Source: the human T2T-CHM13v2.0 reference genome, Homo sapiens. Taken from it: a DNA stretch of 64,000 bases. The position numbers and the translations under genes were made by a program. The stretch lies in the NCBI RefSeq assembly GCF_009914755.1, contig NC_060935.1, one strand, 5' to 3'. The notes under the pieces were generated by a model. That model had not been told where the DNA came from, made no database searches, and worked only from the letters and a program-made list of their open reading frames with translations. Of the stretch, positions 13,856 through 28,799 are shown piece by piece (positions within the stretch are counted from its first letter, which is position 1; every line of letters begins with the position of its first letter).

Positions 13856-14617
13856 TATGATGGCTTAAAAATGGGTACAGATTCTTTGTATCCCCTGCTA
13901 TCAAGAGTTAAGTTTCTTTCCCATTTCCTGAATGTGGACTGGTCTTATTTTCTGCTTTGACTAATAGAATGAAGCAGAAAGTGATTAATTAGGGAGTTCT
14001 AAGATGATTCCTCAAAAGAACATGCAGCTTCTGCTCTCATTCTCTTGGAATGCTGTTGTCATATAAAAAGTCCCAGGCAGGGCTGCCACAGATACATGGT
14101 CCAATTCACAGCTGACACCAATCATCTGCAGATTTATGAATGAGGCCACCTTAGACCTTCAGTCCCAATTAAACCACCAGATAGATAAAATCATACGAGT
14201 GACCCCAAGGGGGACCACAGTCAAGACCAAATTGTGGACCTGAAGAACAGTGAGCAAATAGGGTTTTGTTTGTTTTGAGAGAGGGTCTTACTCTGTCACC
14301 TAGGCTGAAGTGCAATGGAGCAAACAGGGCTCACTGCAGCTTCTGCCTCCAGGGCTCAAGCAATTCTCCCACCTCAGCCCCCACAAGTAGCTGGAACTAT
14401 AAGTGTGTGCCACCATGCCAGGCTAATTTTTGTATTTTTTGTAGAGACTGTTTCACCATGTTGCCCAGGCTGGTCTCAAACTCCTGAGCTCAGATAATCC
14501 ACCTGCCTCAGACTCCCAGAGTTTACAGGTGTGATCCACTACACCCAGCTAAAATAGTTTCTTTTTTAAGTCACTAAATTTAGGGGTACTTTGTTATGCA
14601 GCAATAGGAGACTGATA
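13856..14617 (+). mobile_element. MaLR solo LTR (MLT1F-H type) interrupted by an AluJ
   Basis: aaaatgggtacagattctttg...tttgactaatagaatgaagcagaa... and terminal tttgttatgcagcaatagg. Confidence 0.7.
14264..14550 (-). mobile_element. AluJ
   Basis: Dimeric antisense Alu with J-type ggctcaagcaattctcccacctcagc and tttttgtagaga. Confidence 0.93.
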
Positions 14618-14865
14618 GAGCTTTAGCCCTTTAATCTTTAGCTCTAAGGAAGGGAGAGATAAAAGAGAAAACCACATCCTGTGCAGAGACAGTGTACGTA
14701 ACCTTATCCAGCAAGGACTACAGGCCAATTAGGGTTTCCAAATTTGAACAATCCAAACGACTTATCTTTTCTGGGATCATGATGGGAGAAGGTAAAGAGT
14801 AAGAATGCTAAGAAAGACAAAAACCTTTCTTCCTGGCCGTCACAGATTTCTGTGTCTCTTTCTAG

Positions 14866-15205
<340 letters not shown>

Positions 15206-15611
15206 AGAGTCAATCATTTCCTTATTTAATTTATATTTTTAAAATACATATTCCTGTGGATTGCATAAAATATACCCTAAAATAATTAATTGCATTAATT
15301 TTCATTATAGCTCAGAAGTTCAAGGATTGGTATTTTTTTGCTGTAATTTACTTTGAAAAAATGGAATGAGCTTAACCAAGAACACATAGCTAATGATTGG
15401 CATGGTCAAAACTCTTATGGGACCTTTGATTTTTTCACTAGTGTCAGGTATTAACATATTGTTTGCTACAAATTTAAATATGTGACTCTGAAATGATGGA
15501 CAATGTTATAAATTAGTGACTTAAGATGATTAAATTACTGACTTAATACATTCCATCTGAGAATTAACCATGGGGTTGCCAGTGTAGGAGGCTGATACTG
15601 CCATAGTCGTA

Positions 15612-15767
15612 AACAGAGCCAGATCTTGATTCACATATATCCAGTGCAAATTACAGCTTTGCATATTCCATTTTGTGTAATTTTGAGTAAGATTATCTGT
15701 CTGGGCCTCCATTCTAACATGCATATTGGAGAAAGTAACAATATCTACACTATAAAATAAGGATTTA
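15612..15767 (+). mobile_element. MIR remnant, interrupted by an L1
   Basis: MIR core-like tgtgtaattttgagtaagattatctgtctgggcctc...aaggattta. Confidence 0.55.
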
Positions 15768-16578
<811 letters not shown>

Positions 16579-16692
16579 ATGAGACAATCTTTACATGAGC
16601 ACTATGTGGTAGGTTCTATTGTTATTCTACTTGTTTCACAAATGAGAAAAGTGAAGCAAAGAGAAAAGTTAAGTAACTTGACTGAGATCACA

Positions 16693-17736
16693 CTGGGCTC
16701 CCTCCTAACATTTGTGTGGCTGAGGGCAAGAATATAAATGGTAGCCTTCGTATTCTGTGTCTAAAAAAAGAAAAAGAAAGAAAAGAAAAGAAAAAGAAAA
16801 ATAGCAGTGTATCATGAACTATATATTCATATAAAATTTGCATTTATATTTAGTTAAATCCTGTTTAAAAGGGGGGAGTGGCCATATGGACATAGTTCAG
16901 GCGATTTTAAGTGCTGTGCTGAAATTGTCTCAGTCATAAGACAGGGAAAATGATGTATACAATTGGTTGACAAAAATGTCAAAAGTGTCGAGATATTTAA
17001 ATTTTATAATTGAAGTGGCTCCCTCTGGCTGGCCTGTATTCTCATGCAGGGATTAGCAGCTCTCTTCCCTGGGATCAGTCTTACAAACTAAGAAGCCAAA
17101 CATAAATTGATACTTGCTTTCTGCAGCCTGAGTACAGTGAAAAATCTGCTGGGACAAGGAAAGATGAGGGGCAGAGTCTGGCCCTGGCCAATGTTGCCTT
17201 TAGGATGCAACTGGATCCACCTATACCTGGGATAGAAACTGACCAGGATAAACTGGTGGTGAGCAGGCTCTCCTCTCCAGCACCTCACTTTTGTATCTTA
17301 GGATTTCCAGGTCTTTCTATTTACCACTCAAAACTACATCAGATGGGCATAGCATGGGAAGTGGTATAGTTATCAGAGAAACTTGGGCTGCTCAGGCCCC
17401 ACTTAGGAAGATTTGGGTCATCCATCTTTAAACAAGTTTCCCTGGTATAAAGCATATTTCATCTGATTTTCCTAGGGGCGGCAGTTTTGATTTCTTCACC
17501 CTGGCTCTACCTATCCTTGCCCACATTTCTTGTTAGCCTGAGATTATCTGGTTTGTGAAACCCAATTTGGTTTTTACCTCTTTCCTTCATGTCTTCCCTC
17601 CTTTTATGAAATTTCAAAACATGTTAAGAGGCTGAAAAAAAAAAGTCTTTGCATTTCAGTTTTTGTGATTTGGGGGGCCCTCTAGACATAGAGCTCAGAA
17701 CACAGGCCCTTTCAGCCTAATCTAAAGGCAATACTG
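16693..17736. mobile_element. Putative ancient hAT (Tip100-like) DNA transposon relic
   Basis: Interrupts a MIR. Ends resemble hAT-Tip100 termini (gggcaagaatataaatgg; ggccc...ctaaaggcaatactg). Flanks gatcaca / gatcaaa. Confidence 0.35.
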
Positions 17737-19007
17737 GATCAAAATGGAATAATGACAGAAATAGCTTCTGAACTCCTATGATCAGGTTCCAGAGCCTATG
17801 CTCTTAATTACTACACTGTACTACCCCTCAGCAAGACTATCCGAAAGAATCTTGTTTTAGAGGGACTTGTTCTATATGGAATGCCTTTGAGAAAACCTTG
17901 TCAGGATTCTTAATCTGTGATAGGACACAGCAGTCTCATTACATTATGGTCGGGTTGCATATAAGAATATATCAGAATTTTTTTTTCATTAAATCTCTGG
18001 CATGATTGCATTGCTATTTAAATTGCAATCTGAAAATGAAACAGTACTTTTATTTTTAGTCATTAAAATCATGCCAAAAACTGATGTGGAAAGGATTACT
18101 ATTCAATGAGTGACAAGAGGGGGTTGATTTAGTAATTACATAATTTGTGTTTTCACATCTAAACCCTCTCTCTCAGGCTTCCTAGAATATACTAGATGTG
18201 AAGCTGTTAATCAATTATATCTTTAAAAAAATTACAACACTCATTCTACTTTTCTACAAATAATTCATAGTCATGGTACAATTGGCATCCCATAGCGATG
18301 TCTAGTAGTATGTACTTATTGTTGAATGTAAGAGAGCTTTAAAAATAACTAAAATGTACCATGAAAGTAAATTAGTAGAACCCTTGTTGTGATTCTGAAT
18401 TCTTGATTGACTTTTATCGTCTTTGTTTGTTCATTCACCACAGGGAGAAGAGCCTACCATCACCCTGAAATTAACAATGTTCAACCCTATTAAATAACAC
18501 TTAAAGAGTTATCAATTCTGAGTGTTACACTAATGCCATTTTCTGACTAAAATCTTAGAATTCATTTCCTTTGAAACTGAAAAGAATAATGATCTTCTCC
18601 TCTTATAATAATCTCAAATCTGCATTTACATAAGCAATCATTTTATTTTAGATTTTTAAGATTTTTTTTGGCTGCTATGTGATAAGATTATATCTTATAA
18701 TTTTACCTGAAATGTAAAAAACCAATTGTAGTCTTTCTGATTCTACAATTTGGAGCTTATTATAGTTTAAGATTAATGAATTTATTTTATGTTTTCTTTA
18801 ACTGTGTGTGGAAAGAAGAAAAACAAACAATATTTCTGTGATTGAATTCTAGCCCCAGCTATGCATGACTATATTGGGGAAGCTACTGGTTCACAGAATC
18901 TCTTATTGCTTCAAAATATTTTAACAATATTATGGAGCTTTAGAGAATGAATATGGGATCCATGGAGAATAGATGTACCTTTCAACAGACATAGATGTAA
19001 AAATGTA

Positions 19008-19100
19008 ACAACAGCTAACATTTATTGAGTTCTTGCTCTATGCCAGGCATTGTTCAAAGTGCTTTATGCGCAGTCTGATCTAATTATACAACAGCTCATG
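19008..19100 (-). mobile_element. MIR fragment
   Basis: acagctaacatttattgag...tatgccaggcattgttcaaagtgcttta. Confidence 0.75.
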
Positions 19101-19611
19101 CTAGGTTTTGGTGGGTATTGGAAACCCACTCTGGACTGTGTATTCTTGGGATTTTACTTCTACTTAACATCCTGAAGGAAGAGGCAGAGTGGGTTATCTA
19201 TAACTGCCCTTATAAGCACTGGCAAGGAAAATGAAATCTTTCTGTCTTTCACATCATGCAGAGAACGTATAGGGAGAAGAGGTAACTAGATTGTTATTGA
19301 GAAAAACCTAACCTGTATTACCCAAGATGTTCTTATACATAAACATTGAATTTAAATGTGATGTTTATCTCTATTCTCTCTTTTGACTTTATTCAATAAT
19401 TTTTCTAAAGAATATTGCAGTCATAAAATGGTAGCAATTCATATTCTGATTACAGTAGAGAGAAATTATAAATTTTTTTAAATGGAAGAATTATTACATG
19501 TGTTATGATACTTAATATTAAAGAAATATTACTTAGATATGAAAAATGCTCACAGCGTCAAAACATATTAACTATAAATACTAAGGGAAATGTCTAAAAT
19601 GTAAACCACAT

Positions 19612-19760
19612 GAATATTGAACAATATAAAATACTTGAACAATATAATATAATGTTCAATTATATTGAACAAGTATAATATAATATAATGTTCAATTATA
19701 TTGAACAAGTATAATATAATATACTTGTTCAATATAAAATATATTGAACAATATAAAATA
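19612..19760. repeat. AT-rich minisatellite with 36-bp period and nested inverted repeats
   Basis: The unit aatataatataatgttcaattatattgaacaagtat starts at 19641 and 19677. Perfect 18-bp inverted repeat at 19696-19713 / 19720-19737. Confidence 0.9.
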
Positions 19761-20919
19761 CATACAAAAGTATGATACAAATAGAAGGATAACAAGAAAA
19801 TTAGAATAGTTTTTATTTAAGGAACTTTGGGTAAATTGATTTCTTTAAGAATTTACTTAAAAAATTAAGATGTGAAGGAAGACTTATTTAAAACCAATAA
19901 TATTTGTAAAGCAATTTGCTCTTTTCTATATTTACTAAAAGGAAGAAAAATTGTTTCAAACCAAAAGTAATTTTGAGTAAACAATACACAGTGGTTGTAT
20001 TCATTTAAATATAAAATATGATATTTTCTGTGTCATCTGCCATAGTCCATCAATCAAACAAATTATCCTTGGAACTTCTAAGGCTATTAGCACTGAGGAA
20101 CACATAGTTATTTCCTTACAATACTTTCAGCTTAAATTGGAATTTTTACTGCCCAGAGTACAATATAATCTAGAACATCTTTTTTTCCTAGCAAAAGCTC
20201 CTATTCAGTCTGAATTATCTCAGGATATAGTCATTGATTTCCTTAATCAATCCAGAACTGTCCATCTTCACTGGTTGTAGTCGTCTCTGGTTGCCTTATA
20301 ATTGTATAAATACACCACCTTAGAACTTACATACATTTTATGAGAAAGTATGGTATTCTTCTAGGAAAACAAACTAGAACAAATAATATTCTGGCACAAC
20401 TATGAGGCAAAGGAATATTTCTTAAAAAAAAAAATAGCGAATCAAAGTTTGCTGCTCAAACATCACCTCAGGGAGTGGCTCAATTGGGACAGTAAACAGC
20501 CTGTGTTTCCAGCACCTCCACCCACAGTAGTTATGAAACATTTGGAAATCAACAGAGACTTGAAAGAGCCAAAAGTACGCAGTGCCCTATATATCTGCAG
20601 TTGCAAAAATGCTGCCCGAGTATTTGAGACTTTGGCAAATTTACCCTTCATTCCACAAGGTGGGGTTGTTTCAATATGAAAGAAAAGAGCAAGAGGCTCC
20701 AACTGAGACATGCTCTTGCCCTATTTCCAAATAAGAAAATATTATTATTTTGCTATTACAGAGGAAGAAAAGACAGACTTTTGTAAATCTATGAGAGAAA
20801 TGTTCTTGGTACACTTTTTTGTTTTTCTTAATTCTAAACAATGCTTTATACAAACATAAATTTGAAAGGAAGATTCTGCTGCTTTATTCAATAATTAATA
20901 TGAGTAACTAAACAATTTG

Positions 20920-21080
20920 CTAATTCAACAAATATTTATCTCTTCTGTACCAGGCAGTGCTCCATGGCCTGAATATAGAAAACTGAACGAATTAGTAAAA
21001 ACAAACAAACAAACAAAAAACTACCACAACAAAACTGTTTGTGGAGCTTATATTCTATCAGAGCTATGGAAGGTATGGAA
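20920..21080 (-). mobile_element. L2 3'-end remnant
   Basis: attcaacaaatattta...taccaggcagtgct...ggagcttatattcta. Confidence 0.6.
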
Positions 21081-21404
21081 GGGGCTGCTGAGATGAAGAT
21101 GGAACATACAAATATAATATATAAGCCCATATAATAGCATATTAGATAATAATACATTCTAGGTAGAAAACAAAAAGAATGGAGGATGCCCAGGCTGGGG
21201 GTGGGATTGGGTTAACAATTTAATAATCTGATCTCTGAGACGTCCCTGAAAAAGTAACGCAGTTTGTTAATGAATTAAATGTTGGTGTAAGAGAAATAAA
21301 GAATGAATGAGTTTCAGACTTATATTGTCAGATTTTTCCTGGTCCATAAAAAATACCCCTAGATAAAATTTAGGTTTTGGACCTTCTATGTCTTGCTCAG
21401 AGGC

Positions 21405-21545
21405 ATTCTACTTGGTAGTTTTGTGATGCTGAGCAAGGTCCTAATGCAGTCTAGGTTTTGATTCCTTCATGGGCAAAATGTGGATAATATTGGTAACAAA
21501 CATATAAATATAAGGATGAAATGAGTTAATATATGCTAAATGGTT
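21405..21545 (+). mobile_element. MIR remnant
   Basis: tagttttgtgatgctgagcaagg...ttccttcatgggcaaaatgtggataata...aaggatgaaatgagttaatatatg. Confidence 0.65.
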
Positions 21546-22260
21546 ATATCATGCCATTATATGCTATTATTTTTTCTTTAATTGCATTCTCAAAATCAGG
21601 ATCTGCAACCCAAATCTCTCAATCTATTATTCTAAAATGCCTCTCTAATATGCTATAACGTATTAGAAAGTAAAAAGCAAAGTAAAAAGGAAGGAAAGCT
21701 GTTTAGACTGCATCTTCATAGCAGGAAACAAATTCTAAAGGGGGTGGAGTGGGGAGGTGTGGGGAAGAAATAAGAAGAAACAAATTGGTGGCATGAACGA
21801 CTGATTCTACTTGTTTCTCTATCACTCAGAGTTGTCTTTTCCCCTAATTTCTTGATTAAGACTGACAAAGATTCCCATGAATCCTGATCTTGCTATCAAT
21901 TAGGCAGCATCTCTGAGAACTCAGTTCCATACTTGACATGGCAATATTATGTGGCAGTCAGAAACTGATGTAAAGACTTTCTGGTGCTGCTGTGATAACA
22001 GCCCAAGCAGCAATAGGAGAGAGAGGATATGTTGAAACATGAAGTTGTTCTGTGGTTTGTGGGCCAAGAGTGGCAAGACTTCCTCATCACTACTCCCTGA
22101 CCTTTCTTCTACCGAATATTGCTTTCACCACTTGTTAGTTTCACTAATAAGATTGATTTCTACTACTGAAACTGGCAAAGGTTCACGTGTTTCAAATTGA
22201 ATAAATTGGAAGAGACACAGATTGAGTGCTGGTGAAACTGGTTCAATTAACTTGTGTATT

Positions 22261-22328
22261 TGAGTACCATTATGTGACTTGGGTATCTGAGTAGCTATTA
22301 TGTGACTCAGGTGTTTGAGTACCTATTG
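22261..22328. repeat. Degenerate 27-28-bp tandem repeat, ~2.5 copies
   Basis: tgagtaccattatgtgacttgggtatc / tgagtagctattatgtgactcaggtgtt / tgagtacctattg. Confidence 0.8.
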
Positions 22329-23611
22329 CACGAAACAGACCTTTAGATAGTATAGGAAATAATGTCTTCAAAGATAGGAAAATTAGATGTTTACATAATA
22401 GCAATATGGAGCATCATAAAATAATTTCTATAAAAACCAAGTTAATGTGGTATGCTTTAAAGGAATGAAAAATCATGTCTAACATGGGATCATGTGAGGC
22501 ATTATGCAGAAGGTGTGTTTGAAATGGGTCTTGAAGAATAAGGATACAATCTAGGCAGATAGACAGAGAAGGTACTGAGCTCATCCCTAATCCTCACCTT
22601 GGTGTTTGTGTTTTCCGGGGAATAGAAGTTGAAATATTTGGGTTGCAAGATTGTTAGAAAACATGCTGAGTTCATGTTTCAACGTCACAGTTGTAGACAA
22701 GTTTACCTTTGAGTAAAGTTCAAATGATAAACTTTTACAAAGATTTTTATTAGTGAAGTTCTTTTTCATATTATTGCATATTCTTATAGACCTTCCTCAT
22801 CAAAACTTTGCTTTGTTAAAATTACACATTGTCGTAATAGCCAGCATAAATATTATTGAAGGAAAATGTGTGTCTGCAATCAAAGCCTTTCCTCATAGTT
22901 TGGAGAAAGAATTCCTCAGAGGTCACAAGTAATAAACTTATTGCCTTTACACATGCCAACTGATCTTGATTTAAAAGCTCTTTGCAAGGTCTGGAAACCC
23001 TGACATTCTGTTTGTAATAATATTGATCGATTTCAGAAAGATAAAGTCTAACATTCAATATCAATACTTAAAAGTCTTCCCAGAAAATACAGGGAAAGAA
23101 AATAATTCCAGCTTTCTGAATGTACAGGAATTAGAATGAAAATGCTCGAAAACATCTTTGAATTTAGAAAATGTGACATATTACTAAAGACTTAGAATGA
23201 AGGCCAGATCCCAGAGGGTGTAATAAACACAATCAAAAGAAGCAAACTGATGTAAAATGAAGGCCAAAACAACACTGAAATATCCACTGACCACAGACCT
23301 CTGCTTTTTAAACTGTGTGCCTCTTTTAAAGCCTCTGCATGGATTTATTGTTGAACATTAACTTGGGTTTGACAGGTCATCCACATGGAAAAATCCAATG
23401 TGGAGTTAGAATTGCTGATTGGAATTTCTGCTGACATATCAAGACTATAAATGCAGATGAGGAAATCACCCACTTAGAGAAAATAGAACTTTGGGAGTGA
23501 CTGACATAAAAGAGAAGGGTTTACATTGAGTAGAGCAGGGATTATTAATCCTAAACATTCCCAGAATCACCCAGCAGGTATTTTAAAACAGGTCACAGAT
23601 GCATGCTGGAC

Positions 23612-23653
23612 ATCTTGATGAGAGGGGTGTGAATCTTGACAAGAGGGGTGTAA
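23612..23653. repeat. 21-bp tandem duplication in a MER5-like relic
   Basis: atcttgatgagaggggtgtga / atcttgacaagaggggtgtaa. Confidence 0.8.
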
Positions 23654-25214
23654 CTCAGAAATCTACTCAGTTTTTAAAAGTATCTCTATGTACACATATA
23701 GAAATTTTTTTAATTGAAGAAATGTCCTGGAAAAATACTTAAAAGTTGGAAAACAAGAATGATTTTTCTCTTTTTACATATAAAAAGTTCCAAAAATATT
23801 CCTGTGCTTTATGTCTCATGTGCATTGTAAGAATAAAAGGAAAGTTAAATTGAAAGTGCTTTTGTATTCACAAGTATTAATTAATTTTTTAGCTTATGTC
23901 ATAAAGAAGTGATTACTTGTTTATATAAGCATTTTCATCATTCTGTTTTACCAAGTATAAATTAACTATGGTCTCCCCCACAACTGAAGGGAATTAATTA
24001 ACCAGAGTTTCTCACATAATTTACGAACAAAGATCTTAACATGAGACCTTATTTATTAACAGCTAGCTTCCCCAAAGGAACTAATCACTCAACAATACAA
24101 AGGGGCATCATTAAGAAATGGAAATATTTTTTTAATAAATGGATAATGTTTTGATTACTTCAAATGGTAGTACTTAAAGCCTCTATTACAGCTGTTTCTG
24201 TTTTTGTTTTATTCTGTGTGTGGGAGAACATTTGACTGATGGATTTTATTTTCTTAATCCGTATGACATTTGTTTATTATTAAACCTCTTTCTTATAAGA
24301 AGCTGATAAAGTCAAATTTCTTGGCTCATGCATTCTGAACTTGGAGGTAGTCACATTCTCTAAATTATAAATGGTTTTGCTCAGATGAAAGGAAGTTCCA
24401 CTTGTTTTTCCACTTTAAGGCATCTGCTGAGATGTCTAGGTGTGCATACTCTTCCTGTCATTTCCATCCACTAAGATAATGACCGTGCTTTGGCATAATC
24501 ACAGCTTCTGAAGCACTGTACTCTTACTAGGCTAAATTTATTACTAAATTCCAGGAACCACTTCCTGCTCACAAGTACATTCAAAGGTACATATTTTGAT
24601 ATTTAAGTCTTTTTTATATTCCTGTCATTTGCCCCTTTGCCCTAAGAAAATTTCAAGGTAGAGTTTTTAGTGCCCTTGAGAAACATCATAAAATTTTCTT
24701 CATGTTAAAATATCAACTTGTTTTACTTGCAATCCTGCTATAAAATATAGGCCCACACTCAGAATATTAAGGATTCTAAGAAGAGAGAGACAGAGAAGGG
24801 GGGCGGGGAGAGAGAGAGTGCAAGCTATAACCTAAACATGTGATTGCATATGATTGTACAAAAAGACATTAGTGATTAAAAACTTAACAGCTCTAAACAA
24901 GGAAAGCTATAATGGAAATAAAGCATTTCCAAAGCAAGCAGCTGATAAGACTGTAGTACAGAATGGATAAGAAAACTACACACCTGGGCAAGTGGTAATA
25001 TTTATCTTGGTACAAATGTGTATATGTAGAATACTCTCACCACAACAGTATTTTCCCTGGTGCTTTATTTTTATTTTTCTCCTTGTATAAAGCTTTTAAA
25101 AAGAAGAGAAACACATTCTAAAAGCATATAATGATATAAATATGTATGTTGGAAATTCTGCCAGTGCACTATCAAGAAGCTGAAAAATAATTTGAAAACT
25201 GTTTTTAAAAATGT

Positions 25215-25880
25215 ATTATTTCAACAGATATTTAATGAGTTATTATATGCTTAACACTCTACTAAATGCTGAATGGCAGTCAACATAGATATTTGTCACT
25301 ATTTTTCACGGCATTTATCTTCTGGAGAAAGAATGAGATGTGAAAAAATAATTTTTATAAGGTGTGGTAACTGTTAGAATAAGAAACATACAGAATATGA
25401 AGGGAACTCCTAGTAATATTGGAATATACCACTTATTCTTTCAAAGTGGTAAAGTCAGAGGGAACATCAGGTAGATTAAAAAAGACATGTTGAAAATTGT
25501 GAGGCCTAAGAAAAGTTGTAGAGTTTTAAAGAGTCATGGGAATTCAGAATGGCTAGCAAGGAGAGTACCAGCGATGGGAGCACTGGAAGGGGTGCTGGAG
25601 ATTTGAAAGTCACTCATGAGGAGGTGGAAGTATGAAACAAAGCCAGAGCCAAGTAGAGGCAGACTCCTGTTGAAGGTTCTTCAATTAGGCAGACATTGGA
25701 GGATTTTAAGCAGAAGAGTGGACTGATTAGATTTGTTGAAAACTACTCTGTAAACTGCGATGAAGGGATTGGAGTGAGGCACATGGATGTGAGGAGACCA
25801 GTTAGGACACATAAAGTGGAATAAGTGAGGGACCATAAGTATTTTAGACTAAGTAGGAGTTTGTGAGATGGAAATTTAAG
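25215..25880 (-). mobile_element. L2 remnant
   Basis: ttcaacagatatttaatgag... and cattggaggattttaagcagaagagtg...gagaccagttagga. Confidence 0.7.
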
Positions 25881-26120
25881 TAGTAAATCTTGATGTACTT
25901 GCCCAGAAACTTATAAATGTCTAGAGCCCTCACATTCTGTTTTAAGAACATGTAAATATTCTCCATGAATTTATCCTCTTATAAGAAGTTCATGAATGCT
26001 GGGAGTCCATTCAGTTCAATGAGTCACAAAAAATTATTTTAACTACAATTTTTTCTTTGAACATCATTTTATCGTTTTATAGTTTGGAGGTGGGTTTTGA
26101 AGCCAAGGTGGTATAAATGG

Positions 26121-26485
26121 TGTATTAGCACATTTTCATACTGCTATGAAGAAATACCTGAGACTGAGTAATTTACAAAGAAAAAGATGTTTAATGGACT
26201 AACAGTTCCACTTGGCTGGGGAGGCCTCACAATCATGGTGGAAGGCAAAGGAGAAGCAAAGGCATGTCTTACATGGTGGCAGGTAAGAGAGCATGTGTAG
26301 GGGAACTGCCCTTTATAAAACCATTGGATCTTATGAGACTTACTCACTACCACAAGAATAACACAGGGAAAAACCAGCCCCCATGATTTAACTACCTCCC
26401 ACTGGGTCTCCTCCATGACAAGTGGAGATTATGGGAGCTACAATTCAAGATGAGATTTGTCTGGGGACACAGCCAAACCATATCA
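26121..26485 (-). mobile_element. THE1C-type solo LTR (ERVL-MaLR)
   Basis: tgtattag...ggggacacagccaaaccatatca. Perfect TSD AATGG at 26116-26120 and 26486-26490. Confidence 0.95.
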
Positions 26486-26727
26486 AATGGGTTTTATTTA
26501 CTCCTTAGCAAATCTTCAGAAGTTTCCCAAATCTCTTTAGGATATATTGGCATAAGGTATTCTTAGTTTTCATATCTGAGTATTCAGTCATTAAGTGAAA
26601 TAGGAAAGCCCCTACTTTAATATTTTGTCTCAAGCACAGGTTGTCTGCTCTGGTTACTACTGTTGCTTGGGCCAAGACCTTCATTTAAGTACATCTGACG
26701 TGCTACTGGAATGTAAAAGTAAATGAA

Positions 26728-27304
26728 ATAGATTGTATTTTCCCAATATGGCCATACAATATCTCACATCCCATATGCTCTTTTGAACATTACTTCTCTG
26801 TCATCCATATCTGGTACCTAACTGCCCTTTCCTTGAATCTGGGTTGGTTTGTGATTAATTTGTATCCAATTAAATTTAGCAGAAATAATGCAACATAACT
26901 TCCAAGACCTAGTCATAAAATACATATAATTTCTGGCTTGCTGCCTAGCAAATGTATCTTTGGACCCCTGAGCCATTATGTGAGAGCTACCTTAAGAGTG
27001 CCATGCTATGAGAAAGTGCAGGCCTCAGAGAGAGGCCATGTGTGGGTTCTAGTCACCAGCCTTAACTGCGATCCCAGGCAACAGCCAGCATTGGCCATTG
27101 GAGCTGTTTAGATAATTCCAGCTCCCTTTGTTCAAGACAACCCAGACTTTACACCTTTCCAGATAAGGCTTTAGACACCATGAGGCAGATCAAAGTTTTT
27201 CTTGCTATATTCTCTAAGCACTACAGACCCAGAGAGTGCATGAAATTAATTTTTTGAAAATGTTATTTTGTGGTGGTTTGTTATGCAGCAATAGTAACTG
27301 TAAT
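26728..27304 (+). mobile_element. MaLR solo LTR (MLT1H-like)
   Basis: gattgtattttcccaatatggcc...ccttgaatctgggttgg...ggtggtttgttatgcagcaatagtaactg. Confidence 0.7.
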
Positions 27305-28799
27305 AGTTAATATGATTCTCAAATGTTGTCGTTACTGAGGAGAGTTAATATGTACCGACAATATTTAAATGAGAAATGCTATCTTATCACAACAGGAATT
27401 TGAAAAATAGTACAACAGTCAAGAATGTCAAGACCATTTGTTTTTTCATTTTTTATATGATTGGGTCAAGATGAGCTTTGAAATAGTAGAGAAGTAGACA
27501 ATATTGGCACTGATTAAATTTATGTGAATTTAATGTTTTCAAAGAAACAGAAAGAACTTCCTACTTCCTAGAATTTGTTTAAAAGGCTATCATTAATTTT
27601 CAGGCTTCAAAAAATTTGTCTTATTGGACTTTGCCTCAAAAACGGGAAAAAATGTATCAAACACCAGATTACCAATGGATACTTACTTTATTTTATAATG
27701 CTGTGAAAAATAAAGAATAGATAAGTTCTAGGATTTGAGAAACTCATAGAATTGCTCATTATAAAATGCAATTGGTTAATTTCTCATGTCTTTTTTATTA
27801 CTGGGTTTTAGAGAAACACAATTACATGTGGTGTTGTTAAGACTTAACCAAAAAGAGGTAAAACAGACAGTCACATAATAATGACTTTAATACTCCAAAT
27901 TGTTTTACTTTCCCCATGGAGTTCTTTATGCTTTATCTAATATTGACTGTGCTACTCTTACATGACATTGTGAATTGTGTAGCACCTAGTTACTTAATAC
28001 TGTTTTCAATCATCAGGCTTATGTTATATCCCTCTCTCGCTACATAAGGATTTACAAGCAGGAGATAAGTTCAGCCAAAGTTATGCATATCAATTCTGAA
28101 ATGATAGATGAGGCTTAGTCTCTTCCTTTTTGCAAAGGAATGAAATGCATTTTGACCAGAGGAAAGAAAGTTGAGGTTGCATGTGTTTCTTGTCACTAAT
28201 CTCTATTGGGCAAGATTATGTAATAATTTAAATACTGTGTAGATTTTATACAGCATATGCATGTCATATATGCAAATTTAGTTCATTGGAATCTTCACAA
28301 AATCCTGTTAGTCTGATGTAAATACAGAGATGATGAAATATTGCCAACATAGATAATGAAACAGTATTTCTCTACAAAACCATGCATTCAAGTGGCCATT
28401 TAATACATGTTCTTCTTTATACAATTACAATGCATTGGTGATAGCCTGTGTTGCCTTTCCAAGTCTTTTGATTATGTAATATCTGTAATTTGGGAGACTT
28501 TTTATTCACAAACTATGGAAAAAATTGTTATTATAATAAAAAATAAAACAGTAACTAAAATGTACTCTATTTGTAGCCTTATTAAACTACATTTGAAACC
28601 ATGAGAATTTAATTATTTTTATAATTACTATTCTTTTAATAAATATTTTTGAGGACTTGGCACCAAGTTAGTAATTTTGCAATTGCCATGGGTCATCCTC
28701 TAGACATAAAGGCTCAATGACAATAGAGATCAGAGGTGTTCTGATTGTCTGGCTGTGGCTGTTTCTCAACTCATTGCACTGCATCTTCTGGCCTTGCCA

